Positions 30,872 through 43,315 of a DNA stretch of 64,000 nt are shown piece after piece. Origin of the DNA: Octopus vulgaris. Its lineage: Eukaryota. A model generated the notes under the pieces. The model had not been told where the DNA came from and made no database searches. It saw nothing but the letters and a program-made list of their open reading frames with translations. Positions within the stretch are counted from its first letter, which is position 1. Each line of letters begins with the position of its first letter. The translations under genes were made by a program, and so were the position numbers. Where the stretch lies: assembly GCA_951406725.2 (NCBI GenBank), contig OX597827.1:6138001-6202000 (forward strand). Reading direction: 5' to 3'.

Positions 30872-32585
30872 ATATATATATATATATATATTTGTTTTTT
30901 TGTTCATTTATAATAAATGACTCTTCCCAGACATGATAAAATATGCTTCAACACACGAATTCGCATAAAGAATCTTGCAAACCAATACAAAAAAGAAATT
31001 CTAAAACAAAATATATCATTAGTGGGGTGGAAAGAAGCAAAAGAAAGGTAGATGATATAATGGAGAGATTCAGTCTGTGAGATAACTTATAGGATAGAGG
31101 TTTGCAAGTGTGTGTGCTTATGTATGTCTTTTTGTGTATGTGTGTGTGTGTATGTGTGTGTGTGTGTGTGTGTATACATGTATATCTACATGTGTTTGTG
31201 TATGTGTATATATATATAAAAAGGGTCAGAAAGTTTGTGTGAGAAATGAAATCCATTTTGAAATAAATTTATCATTTGTAAGGGTGTCTACTTTGTTGAG
31301 ATGATGGTGAGGATGATGATGATAGTGGTGTTGATGATGATGATGATGGCAATGATGATGATGGCGATGGTGATGACGACGATGATGATGAGCATCTTTG
31401 ATAATGAATACAATAAATAACAACTAAATGATTTGAATAAAACCAGAGATTTAACTGAAAGTTGCTTCATCAATAAGTTCTATCTTGGGAGAAAGAAAGA
31501 AAGAACAAACGTAAGAATAAAGAGATGAAGAAGAAGAAGAAGAAGAAGAAGAAGAAGAAGAAGAAGAAGAAGAAGAAGAAGAAGAAGAAGAAGAAGAAGA
31601 AGAAAACGGAGGAGGCGAATGAATACTTGAGACAAAGCTTTCATCTGAAGAACTGGACAGGTGTGTGGTCAAACTTCTAAGCATGGCTATATGCATGTAT
31701 GTGTGTGTGTGTGTCTGTGAGTGCAGGCATTTGTGCATGTGTGTTTGTGTATGCATGCCTGTATGCTTGCATGTGTCTGTGTGTCTGTGCCTTAGCATGT
31801 GCTTGCATGTGTGTATATTGCATGTGTATCAGAATGTGTGTGTGTTAGTGTTTTGAAAATGATGAAAGTATTTAATTGAGAAGAAAAAGGGAAGGAGAGA
31901 AAAGTGAGAGAGAAAGGGAAGGGGAGAGAGATAGAGAAAGAGAAAGGAGAGAGGAGAAAGGAGAAACAGATTGACAGAGACAAGGAGAAAAGGAGAGACG
32001 GAACAGAGAGGGACAAACAGAGAAAGAAGAATAAGAGGGGCTACAAAAGAGATTATAAGAATGTGAGAAAGAAGAAAATGAGAGAGAAGGAGCAACAGAG
32101 AGGGAGAGGGATTATGAGAGAGAAGGGTGAAAGACAAAAAGAAGAGGAAAAGAAAGAGAGAGAGAGATGGAGAGAGAGATAAGGAATGAGTAAAAGAAAA
32201 AGGAAAACAGAAAGAGTAGACATGTTAATATCTTGAAATGTTCTGTGATGAATGCCAACCAACTTTAGATCAGTATCCAAAAAGACCAAATCTCCTGACT
32301 TCAAAGGATAAATTTCTGGCACTCCTTCTATGCTAACGTCTTCTGCTAGCTGACAGCAGCTGCAATGATCGCCACCGGCAACCACGGCAGCCAGCAGGAT
32401 TTTTACTAGCTGCTGCCATGCAGAAGGTTACAACAACCATTAAAATGAAGCGAAACTCTCTATTTTCTGCTTAGAGAAGACGACAATCAGCTAATTGGTA
32501 AATTATTTGAGCATTCTGAACTTACACTTTCTGCTATTAAGAGAAAACTAATTCATTCATCTAAACAGCATACATACTTAAATAC

Positions 32586-32618
<33 letters not shown>

Positions 32619-32708
32619 TACATATGTGTGTGTGTGTGTATATATATACACACACACACACACAAATATATATATATATGTGTATTTATATGTATGTACA
32701 TATATATG

Positions 32709-32804
32709 CAGTATGGCTGATGAGTACGGGTCACTTATATTTACTGCAATATTTGCAGCCTTAATAAAGCTGTCTTCGTACGAAACAATTGTACCGAAAT
32801 ATTG
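32709..32804 (+). ncRNA. Type I hammerhead ribozyme motif, canonical core
   Basis: CTGATGA at 32717-32723. Stem II GTACGGG/TTCGTAC. GAAAC at 32782-32786, palindromic stem III ACAATTGT, GTA triplet at 32791-32793. Stem I CAGTAT-GG pairs with CC-(GAA)-ATATTG. Confidence 0.8.
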
Positions 32805-33010
32805 ATCCATTCTTGTTGCCTTTTTCTTATTTATATGCATATATATGTATGTATATATATATATGTGTGTGTATGTGTGTATATATATATATATGTATAT
32901 AATTTAAAGAAAAACTTCTATTAAGCAATTCATGTGAAATTTGATTTAGTATTGCTAAACTGAATTTTTCCCTGTAAGTTTGGACTTATATTCCCTACTA
33001 TTATTACCCT

Positions 33011-33045
<35 letters not shown>

Positions 33046-34128
33046 AGTGTAGGTGGCATATGAGTGGGTATATATTTATAAAAAGAAGTTTGAAGATGCC
33101 ACTATATAAGATAAATTTTAATTTTCTTAGAGATTTTACATGTTTTGGTTCTTCTTGAAAAACGAACCTTATCAAAAATATTTTTAAAAGTTAAGTGTAA
33201 TAAAAAAGTTCATAATTGTTTCTTACTGGTCTCAACAGAGTCCATGTGGTGGTGTTTTGTGGGGTGGGGAGCATAATGGCTGTCTTGTGCATTGACCAGA
33301 TTCATTGGCTGTAATTGTGAAAATGATAGCAGCTGCAATAGCTTCCAGCTGACCAATTCAAATTTATCTTATATAGTGGTGTTTTCAAACTTCTTTTATA
33401 TATAGAATATATATAAGTATGATGATGATGGCTGTCCGCTTGTGACTAAGGAAGACCACTGCTGATCTTTAGGAACATTGTGTGCTCTAGGACTAACTTA
33501 CATTTTGCATTTGTAGTTCCGTTGATGGCTAATAAGCCCTGCTCTTGATAAGCATATACGACTGCAAACATTGCAAACCAAGCTTCCCCCATTCACCACT
33601 CTAGTAGTGCACTTTCAAGAAGCACACTTAAATTCTTCATGAAGAATAAGTGCTTTTACTAGGCATCGACCCACTCCTTAACCTGCTTCCTCCATCTGTG
33701 GTGATGACAGGCATTGCTCTCCCGGTCAATATCCTGCATATCACAGGCCTTTAATGAGGACTTGACACAGTCCTTAAATTGCAGCCTTGGTTTCTGCTGG
33801 GGTCTCTTTACACACACACACACACATAATATACATGTGGCTTGCTTCCCAACAACATGATTCTGAGTTCAGTCCCACTGTGTGGCACTTTGAACAAGGG
33901 TCTTCTACTATTGCTTCCAGCTGACCAATGCCTTGTGAGTGGATTTGATAGACAAAAACTGAAAGAAGCCCATTGTATATTTATACATATGTATATACCT
34001 ATGTGTGTGTATCTTTGTGTCTGTGTTAGTCTCCTCTTCACTGCTTGACAACTGGTGTTAATTTGTTTACATCCCCATAACTTAGCAGTTCAGCAAAAAG
34101 GACCAATAGAATAAGTACTAGGCCCTAC

Positions 34129-34260
34129 TGTGGCCCTACTGGAGCACTGCTTTGAAGGATTTTAATTAAAAAAATTGACTCCAGGACTTATTTTAAAATA
34201 AGTCCTGGAGTCAATTTTTTTAATTAAAATCCTTCAAAGCAGTGCTCCAGTAGGGCCACA
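34129..34260. repeat. Perfect 132-bp palindrome inside a SINE A copy
   Basis: Exact reverse-complement symmetry about 34194|34195. Confidence 0.9.
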
Positions 34261-35433
34261 GTTGAATAACTGAAACAAGTAAAAGAATAAAAGGATAAAA
34301 GAATGTATGTGTGTGTGTTTGTGTGTATTTGTGTTTGTCCTCTGCCACCACTGCTTGACAACCGGTGCTGGTGTGTTTATGTCCCTGTAACATAGTGGTT
34401 TGGCAAAAGAGACCAATAGAATAAGTTGTTATGTGGTACTACTTTCAGTTAATATACAAAAGCTAACAAAGATTTAATGATGCTTGTGACGAAGCTTGAT
34501 CCCTTGCTAGACAGAGTAAAATTGCTTGTGGGTTAGAAAGCTTAGTTGATGGAAAGCTTTCATGACTTTAAAAGAATACAAACCTAATTATAGTAAGAGA
34601 CCCATTGGTAGAGTTTTAAACTCAGTGAGGACTGGAGCAAGTTAAGTAATCAGGAAAAAAAGAAAGTAATCATGAAATATTAACACAAAGGCACCCTGGT
34701 GTCATACAAATGGTACCTGTACCGGTGGCATGGTAAAAGCACCCATTCCACTCTCAGAGTGGTTGGCATTAGGAAGGGCACCCAGCCATAGAAAATCATG
34801 CCAAATCAGACTGGAGTCTGGTCCAACCCATGCCAGTATGGACAAAGGACGCTAAATGATGATGATGAGAATAAGGGGCCTGCTAAACTGCAGCAATGGG
34901 CTATAGCAGCACTGCTACAGATTGATTTAGGACTATAAAGATGAGTATAGAGCTTGATTGACACAATTTGACAATGTAGAATTTTAAACCTCATTATTGA
35001 GATCTTTACTGGCTAAGACAAATGGGTTAAAGATATGTCAATATTGACCATATAAACCTTCACCTTATCATGCATGTATGAAAATCCTTCAATTCCACGA
35101 AGGTCCATCAGGCACCTATTTGGCGCTAAATTTTGAAACCGGAACCAAGCTGACCAACATTTACTTGTTCTGACCCAGTAGAGGTAGGACATTATTATTG
35201 TTCACTGATATTTTTTCCTATCATGTCAGTAATAGATTTGTGTCTATTTAGTGGTACAGAAATATTTTTCGACTTCTATTTTTTAGCGATATAGGTACTC
35301 ATATGTATATATGTATATATGTGTATATATGTATATATCTAATATTGTATGTATATATTTTATTAATTTGCCTGTACGGCTGATAATTTGCTTATCACTT
35401 GTGATGGTATTCTAATAATATCATCCCTATATT

Positions 35434-35472
<39 letters not shown>

Positions 35473-36080
35473 CATACACACACTCACACACACACACACA
35501 CACATGCACAAACACACACACAGAGGCTTCTTTCAGTTTCGGTTTACCAAATCCACTCACAAGACTTTTGTCATTCCAAAGATATAGTAGAAGTCAATTG
35601 CTCAAGTTTCCACACTGTGGGACTGAACCCTGAACCATGTAGTTGGAAAGCAAGATTCCTACCACACAGCTGCACCTGTGCCTAAATTCGACAACAGATG
35701 AATTCTCTCTTTCTCTCTGTCTGTCTCCGACTAAGGTGCAGATTATTTATCGTTCATATACGTAAAGTATAATATTGCATAGTGGTAGCAAAATGTAGGA
35801 ACTGGATGCAAAGTATGTATTAAGGCTTTCAAAGAAATAATGTGAACATGCTTATACTATATGTGTAATGTTTGTGTACTTGAATGACGGAGGACGAATG
35901 CAGAGAGAAAAACTAAAATGGGGAATAAGAGGAATTAAAATTCATATATAGAGTGCAGCAGAAATAACTCAATTTCCATAGCTATTCCAATACAGAATTG
36001 TATATCTACTTTGTGGTTCCATTATTTTTCAAGCATTTAGACCAAACTTAGCTGTAAGCATATTTAAACATCTCTCTCTG

Positions 36081-36125
<45 letters not shown>

Positions 36126-36156
36126 GTGTATATATATATATAATTATAAATATATA

Positions 36157-36249
<93 letters not shown>

Positions 36250-36329
36250 CATATATATATACATGTAATTATATATATACATATATATATATATATATGT
36301 ATATATATAATTATATATATATATATATG

Positions 36330-36388
<59 letters not shown>

Positions 36389-37084
36389 CATATATATACA
36401 TGTATATATATACACGCACGTATATGAATGCATGCACACGCATATATGAATATATGTATGATATATATATATATTTATATACATATATAAAAAGCTATAA
36501 TGCATATCTGATATAGACTACAGCCGTGAGTTGTAGTTTATTTAATTTTATTTTATTTTAAATCATGTTTCTTGCAAACAGTAGCAACATTGATTTTAGA
36601 TTCTCATTGAGCCAATCACAGGTTCACTACATTTTCACTGGGTAGAGGGATAAGTGAGTGTCTCTGTAAATCAGACAGAATTAATACCACTAGGTATTTT
36701 TGTTTGCAAGCTTTGGTTTATAGGCAATCCTTTCACTGACACGTATGTACAAGTATACATATATATATACACATACATATACATACACATATATGTCTAT
36801 ATATGTGTGTGTGTGTGTGTATATCTTTATATACGCACAAGCATTCACTTAAAACACTGACACATATTAGAAGATGATATTTATAGCCTATGCCCAGACA
36901 TGCGTATGCACATGTATATATTTAGCTCATAGAATCATACCAATGTGCATACATACACATATATGTTGTACTCACACACACATAAGCATTGAAGTAAGAG
37001 GTATAGCATCACATTTACATCCATGCACACATACACACATATACGTATATATGTGTGTATATGTTTGTATGTATGTGTATGTGG

Positions 37085-37156
<72 letters not shown>

Positions 37157-39269
37157 GTATATGTATTTGTATATGTATATGTATATGTATATTTATTTAT
37201 TTGTATGAAGCAATCAATACAGAAACAAATAGCTTGGCTCAATATATATTGACAAGCTCATACATATATGCATATTCATGCATATATCATCGTCCGAGAC
37301 AGAGGTCCACTGACACAAGTGTCTATGGGCAGTGCCAATGAAAATATACCAAATAAGAGTTCAGCTGCAGTCTATGGATCATTTATACTGTAACTTTAGT
37401 GCCAAAACTATTTCTGGATCTGTGTTAATGGATATGGATGTCGAAGTGAGATATAGTTATTTTCAGTAAGAAATCATTTCATAGATGTTTCGTAGCCAAG
37501 AAAATGATGGCAATTTAATCAATTTGATATTTGCAAAGCTAAAAAAACAAATAATAATAATAATAAAAAAGCCAGAATTCTGAAATAGCAATTTTCTTGG
37601 TTTCTGGCCGTTGCTATTCTAATTCTAATCATTACCATGATTGTTGTCATTAGTCATCATCATCGTTGTTTAAGCCATTGTTACGATCATCATCATCACC
37701 ATCACCATCAGGATTCTCATTGTTCATGTTGTTGTCGCCATCGTCATCATCATCATCATTGTTGTTATCATTGTCGCTATTACCACCACCACCATCGTCA
37801 TCATCATTAATACCTTCATCACCATTATTGTTATCTTTATCCTGGTCATCCACCCCATCGTCATCATCATCATCATCATCGTCATCATCATCATCTTAAT
37901 CACCTTCATCATCATCATCACTGTCATTGTCATTATTGACATCGTGCTCATTGCTGTTGTTGTTGTCTTCCTCCTCTGCCTCCTTGTTTCATCATCATCA
38001 CCATCATCACTACCATAATCAAAGTCCAGGAGAATTCAAGGCAATGAAGGCCACTCAATCTCTGAGTAAAAGTAGCCAAATTTCCTCCATATAACACCTG
38101 GCAGGCTTTATTTACAGAAACAACACATTAGTTAACATAGTGCTAATTATCTCTAAATTGACTTTGTATACCTCCGATCATTTGTCTTTACTCTTTTACT
38201 CTTTTACTTGTTTCAGTCATTTGACTGCGGCCATGCTGGAGCACCGCCTTTAGTCGAGCAAATCGACCCCGGGACTTATTCTTTGTAAGCCCAGTACTTA
38301 TTCTATCGGTCACTTTTGCCGAACCGCTAAGTGACGGGGATGTAAACACACCAGCATCGGTTGTCAAGCAATGCTAGGGGGACAAACACAAACACACACA
38401 CACATACATATATATTTATACATATATATACGACAGGCTTCTTTCAGTTTCCGTCTACCAAATCCACTCACAAGGCATTGGTCGGCCCGGGGCTATAGCA
38501 GAAGACACTTGCCCAAGGTGCCACGCAGTGGGACTGAACCTGGAACCATGTGGTTGGTAAGCAAGCTACTTACCACACAGCCACTCCTGCGCCTATGTCT
38601 GTTCATAAGTTGGTCAGATATTGTCAGGTGGAATAAACAGAAATAACATTAGTATTACTATATGTCCTGCACCTGTTGGGCAGTGTGGTTTCTTCTTGCA
38701 GCATTGTAACAAATTGAAGTGTCTCCTGGGTGGATTGTTGGTCCTCTGCAGAAAAGTCAGATGATGGGGCTGAAATTTTAGCAGTGATAGAAAGCACTGG
38801 TGGACCTGGTCAGCTCTATGCCTTATGTGTCTCTGGGACATATGGGACATATGGGATGACCTGGGATGACCTGAGATCCATCAAGCAAGAGCATGAAGAA
38901 AGCCTGTACCTGTTATGTCTTTTGCCATTATTGCCTGAATTACTAAAATTAAAATAATGAGCACTTTTGCAATCAGTTCTATTACTTTTATTCCTAAGGT
39001 GGAGGTGTTGTTGTCAGTCATGTTTGTTTGTTTCTTTGTCTGTGGACAAGATACCTCAAGAACTGCTGGATGAAGTGGTGAAGCACAACCTTCGAACATT
39101 AAGCCTCACCACAGAAATGACTAGCGACCGAGGCTTTTGGAAATATATGCTGTGCTCGAGAAGACCCGGCAAGCTAGATGAGACCATAACCTGTGGCCTA
39201 TGCCAGGAGCATAACCAGCCCGCTTATGCGTACCTTTTCCTTCTTTGATCACTAAACTCTGCTTGCAAA

Positions 39270-39746
39270 GACCTGTTGAGGCAAGTGAAATCAAAATCAA
39301 AATCAAAATCAATTCGATGACTGGCATCCGTGCTAGTGGGGTACAAAGAGCACCATACGGGTGTGATCTTGACAGAGTGGCTATTCGAGTATGATCGTTG
39401 CCAGAGCAGCCAACTGGCTTCTGTACCCGTGGCATGTAAAAGGGCGCCATTGGAGCATGATCGTTACCAACATCACTTCACTGGCACCTGTGCCGGTGGC
39501 ATGTGTAAAAAGATTTGAGCAAGGTCATTGCCAGTACCGCCTGACTAGCCCCTGTGCCAGTGGCACGTAAAAAGCACCCACTACACTCTCGGGGTGGTTG
39601 GCGTTAGAAAGGGCATCCAACTGTAGAAACTCTGCCAGATCAATATTGGAGCCTGGTGCAGCCATCTGGTTTGCCAGCCCTCAGTCAAAAATCGTCCAAC
39701 CCACGCTAGCATGGAAAGCGGAGGTTAAACGCTGATGATGATGATG
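39270..39746 (+). mobile_element. Retroposon family D with an (ATG)n tail
   Basis: AAAAGCACCCACTACACTC...GGGCATCCA.CTGTAGAAAC...GTTAAACG.TGATGATG. Reverse copies at 17455-17705, 18797-19012 and 47508-47712. Partial copies at about 14010-14135, 34715-34868 and 52675-52780. Confidence 0.75.
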
Positions 39747-40551
39747 TGTGTGTATGTGTGTGTGTTTGTTTGTATGTATGTTGTGTATCTGTGAATCTGT
39801 GTAAATGCATACTACATCTGTGTTTAAATTGATGTCAGCTGGGCAGTGTTTACATTTGTGATACAAAGATTAGGGATAAACAACATCTTACTTTAAAAAC
39901 AGAGGATGGTGTCAGAAGGGGTATCTGGCCTTAAGAATGTTCACCCCAAAATGGGATGATGATGATGATGATGATGATAATGATCATGATGACCGTGATG
40001 ATGGTCATAATGATTATGATATTAAGGAGAATGTGGATGATGACAATGTTGATGATGATGATGACAATGATCATGATACTCTATTTTAGAGAGAAATATT
40101 TCCTTAACAAAATACTAATTTTTGTTTTTGTTTTCTCTTTTCTTTTCTTTATTTCCAGGTGAATATATATACATTTTCTATCAGCAGAATAAACAAATTT
40201 TTTCCTTTTTTTGGGGGGGATGGGGAGTTGTTTTTGCTTGGTTTGTTTTCCAACATTACCAGTAGAGAGCCTGAGAATGCAGAATTATTCCCTGAATGGA
40301 GAGCACACTTTATCTTATATATGTTAATCAAGAAATCAAAAGCAGAGGAATGGAACAGTGGTAGCGTTATTCCAAGGCCCTTGTTAGTCAGTCTAGTGAG
40401 TTCTACGCAGAACAACTCTGTCTTACTGAACAATGAACAGCATTAAATACCTACACTAGCATAAGTAATTTGGTAGGAAAAGTATCCACAATAACAACAT
40501 GTCTGGCTACAAATAATGAAAACCTAGACAGAAACTCTGTCTGTGTCTCTG

Positions 40552-40595
<44 letters not shown>

Positions 40596-43131
40596 TATTT
40601 CTTTCTTTCTTTCTTTCTCTTGTTTCATTTTGTTAAAAGCAACAATGAAATCTTCCTTTAACAAAATGTCTGCATCACAGTCGTAATAATTGAATGAGTT
40701 TTAATAACTAAAATAATTAGCTTAACGTGATTATAAGACTAATTTATCACACAACCAGTATACTAAGTTTAAATGTAAATTGGTTGCGTAGGTGCTATTT
40801 TGGATTTCATGGTAAATAGTCGGGTTGTTGTTGTTGTTGTTGTTGTTGTTTTTGTTCAGCCTCAGGCCTGTTGTGATTGAAGAGACCAACGATCAAAGAC
40901 AATCCAGGCTTGACCACCAGCTGACAGATGAAGTCTACTGTCTACTAAATAAAAACAAGAATGACCCTGCACCTGACAAGCTTCTACACTATTTCCATCT
41001 ACCAAATTTCAATCTCTAGATTCTGGTTGACTCACGGTGGTAGTACAAGACATCTTGGAGGGCAATTTTAGTCCTGACTAAATTATTAACTTTATAAAGA
41101 AAGAGCATCATTTGAGGGTATTTTTCTGCTAAATTTAGAGGTTTGAGAAACCACAGTAGATGTTATTTTGTTATCTCATGATAACCTGGTTGTTTTACAA
41201 AATATCAAAGGTCTTTCCTGAGCTGGGTTCATAAAGCTGGTTCCTTCTGATTCTGTGGCATATATATTCCCCCACTGGACAGGATGCTGCTCCATTGCAG
41301 AATTACTTATTTTTGTCAGCTGAGTGAACTGGAGTAACAAAAAAATGAAGTGTTTTGCTCAAAAACGCCATGCATCAATTAGTCACACTATCTTTTATTT
41401 ACTAATGCAACACCTGTCCATTAAGCCACACCTGAACATTAAGCAACACCTCTCTCTCATTTACTCATTTACTTGTTTCAGTCATTCGACTGTGGCCATG
41501 CTGGAGCACCGCCTTTAGTCAAGCAAATCGACCTCAGGACTTATTCTTTGTAAGCCTAGTACTTATTCTATTGGTCTGTTTTGCCGAACCGCTAAGTTAC
41601 GGGGACGTAAACACACCAGCATTGGTTGTCAAGCGATGTTGTGGGGACAAACACAGACACACAAACATACACGCACATACATATATATACATATATACGA
41701 CAGGCTTCTTTCAGTTTCCGTCTACCAAATCCACTCACAAGGCTTTGGTCGGCCCGAAGCTATAGTAGAAGACACTTGCCCAAGATGCCACGCAGTGGGA
41801 CTGAACCCGGCACCATGTGGTTGGTAAACAAGCTACTTACCACACAGCCACTCCTGCGCCTATTTGGTTGTTTTTTAGCCTGCAATTAATTCATTCTGGT
41901 TTAAAACCATGCTGGATTAGTAAAATATAAATCAACATACTCAGACACTTAATCAAAGCATTGCTGACTATTTGCTTCAGTAATGTGTTTGTAGAAGTGA
42001 CTTGGCCAAGTGGATACGATGCTGGGCTACCATCTTATGCAACTGGTGTTCAAATCTATTGCTAGCATTTCATGGATAATTTTCAAGTTTTTTTATCTTT
42101 TGCTTGTTTCGGTCATTAGTTTTCAGTTATGCTTGGATATATTTTTATTGTTTGATCAAAGGAAGTAGAGTAAAAAACCCCAAGCATTTACCAGGCCTCC
42201 AAGATTACAAAGAGAAGAAAAAGTTTTCATATGACTGTAGACCTGACTTCAGTGCTTACAACAGAGTTAGTTCTACTGAAAGCATCTAATACCAAGTGGT
42301 GGTATTAAACAAAGAATAAGTCTGCCGCCCAAAAACAAGAATGATGCCACTGACAAACTTCAACATAGTTTCCATCTGCTAAATTTCACTAACAGTCTTC
42401 TGGTAGACCTAGTGTCATACTAGAAGAAAATTGCCAAAAGTACTCTTAATAAGATCAAAATTAAAATTTCTCTTAATCACAGAAATCTTGACTTCAGAAT
42501 GGGGTCGAGATTTCTGTGTTTGTTTAGTTTTATGAGTCTCAATTCATTTACCTATAGACTTAATTGAGCATTTTGTTTACAGTAGTTTTTTTCTTTCATC
42601 TAATTAACAACAAGAACTAATTACATATATATATATGACATATTTGGTCACCTACTTTCTCAAACAAAGAGTTCTCAACCTTTTTTTTTTACCTACAAAC
42701 TCCTTTGATTCCTATTTTACTCAGGTGGACTCTCATAGTCATTTGGGGTTTAAAAAATCTTCTTATATTTTCATAATTAAATATTATCAATGACTGTATA
42801 AAAAAATTGTTGAAATATTTTGTGTATTACTCTTTTACTTGTTTCAGTCATGTGACTGTGGCCATGCTGGAGCACCACCTTTAGTCGAGCAAATCGACTC
42901 CAGCACTTATTCTTTGTAAGCTTAGTACTTATTCTATCAGTCTCTTTTGCCAAATCTCTAAGTTACTGGGACGTAAACACACCAATATCAGTTGTCAAGC
43001 GATGTTGTGGGGACAAACACAAACACATAAACATATACACACACATACATATATATATATGTATTTTTCACTATGGGCTCCGTGTGAGCAGTCATCTAAA
43101 AGTTTTTTGTGCATCTTGATGTTGACATAAG

Positions 43132-43230
43132 TTCCTTGCTTTTCCTGATGAAAAAGCGGCATAATGTACTCCTTATTCCTTCGCAATTAGGAATATGCAG
43201 CCTTCGAAATATATGTCGAAAATAAAGGAA
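43132..43230 (+). ncRNA. Type I hammerhead ribozyme motif, partly decayed
   Basis: Stem I TTTTC/GAAAA extended by TTCCTT/AAGGAA. CTGATGA at 43145-43151. Imperfect stem II AAAAGCGGCATA/TATGCAGCCTTC. GAAAT-ATAT-GTC at 43206-43217. Confidence 0.7.
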
Positions 43231-43280
43231 TTTTGTTAATTCATCGTTCAACTCCATTCTTTCATATATTTATATTTTTA

Positions 43281-43315
<35 letters not shown>

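Noticed and set aside
32053-32385. 110-aa minus-strand ORF
   Set aside because: Half of it is a purine-rich simple repeat and there is no splice support. The unique part is treated as a possible regulatory island.
40149-40446. Overlapping 94- and 95-aa ORFs in unique intronic sequence as an extra exon or nested gene
   Set aside because: No recognisable protein motif, and no acceptor/donor pair compatible with the phase 1 intron was found.
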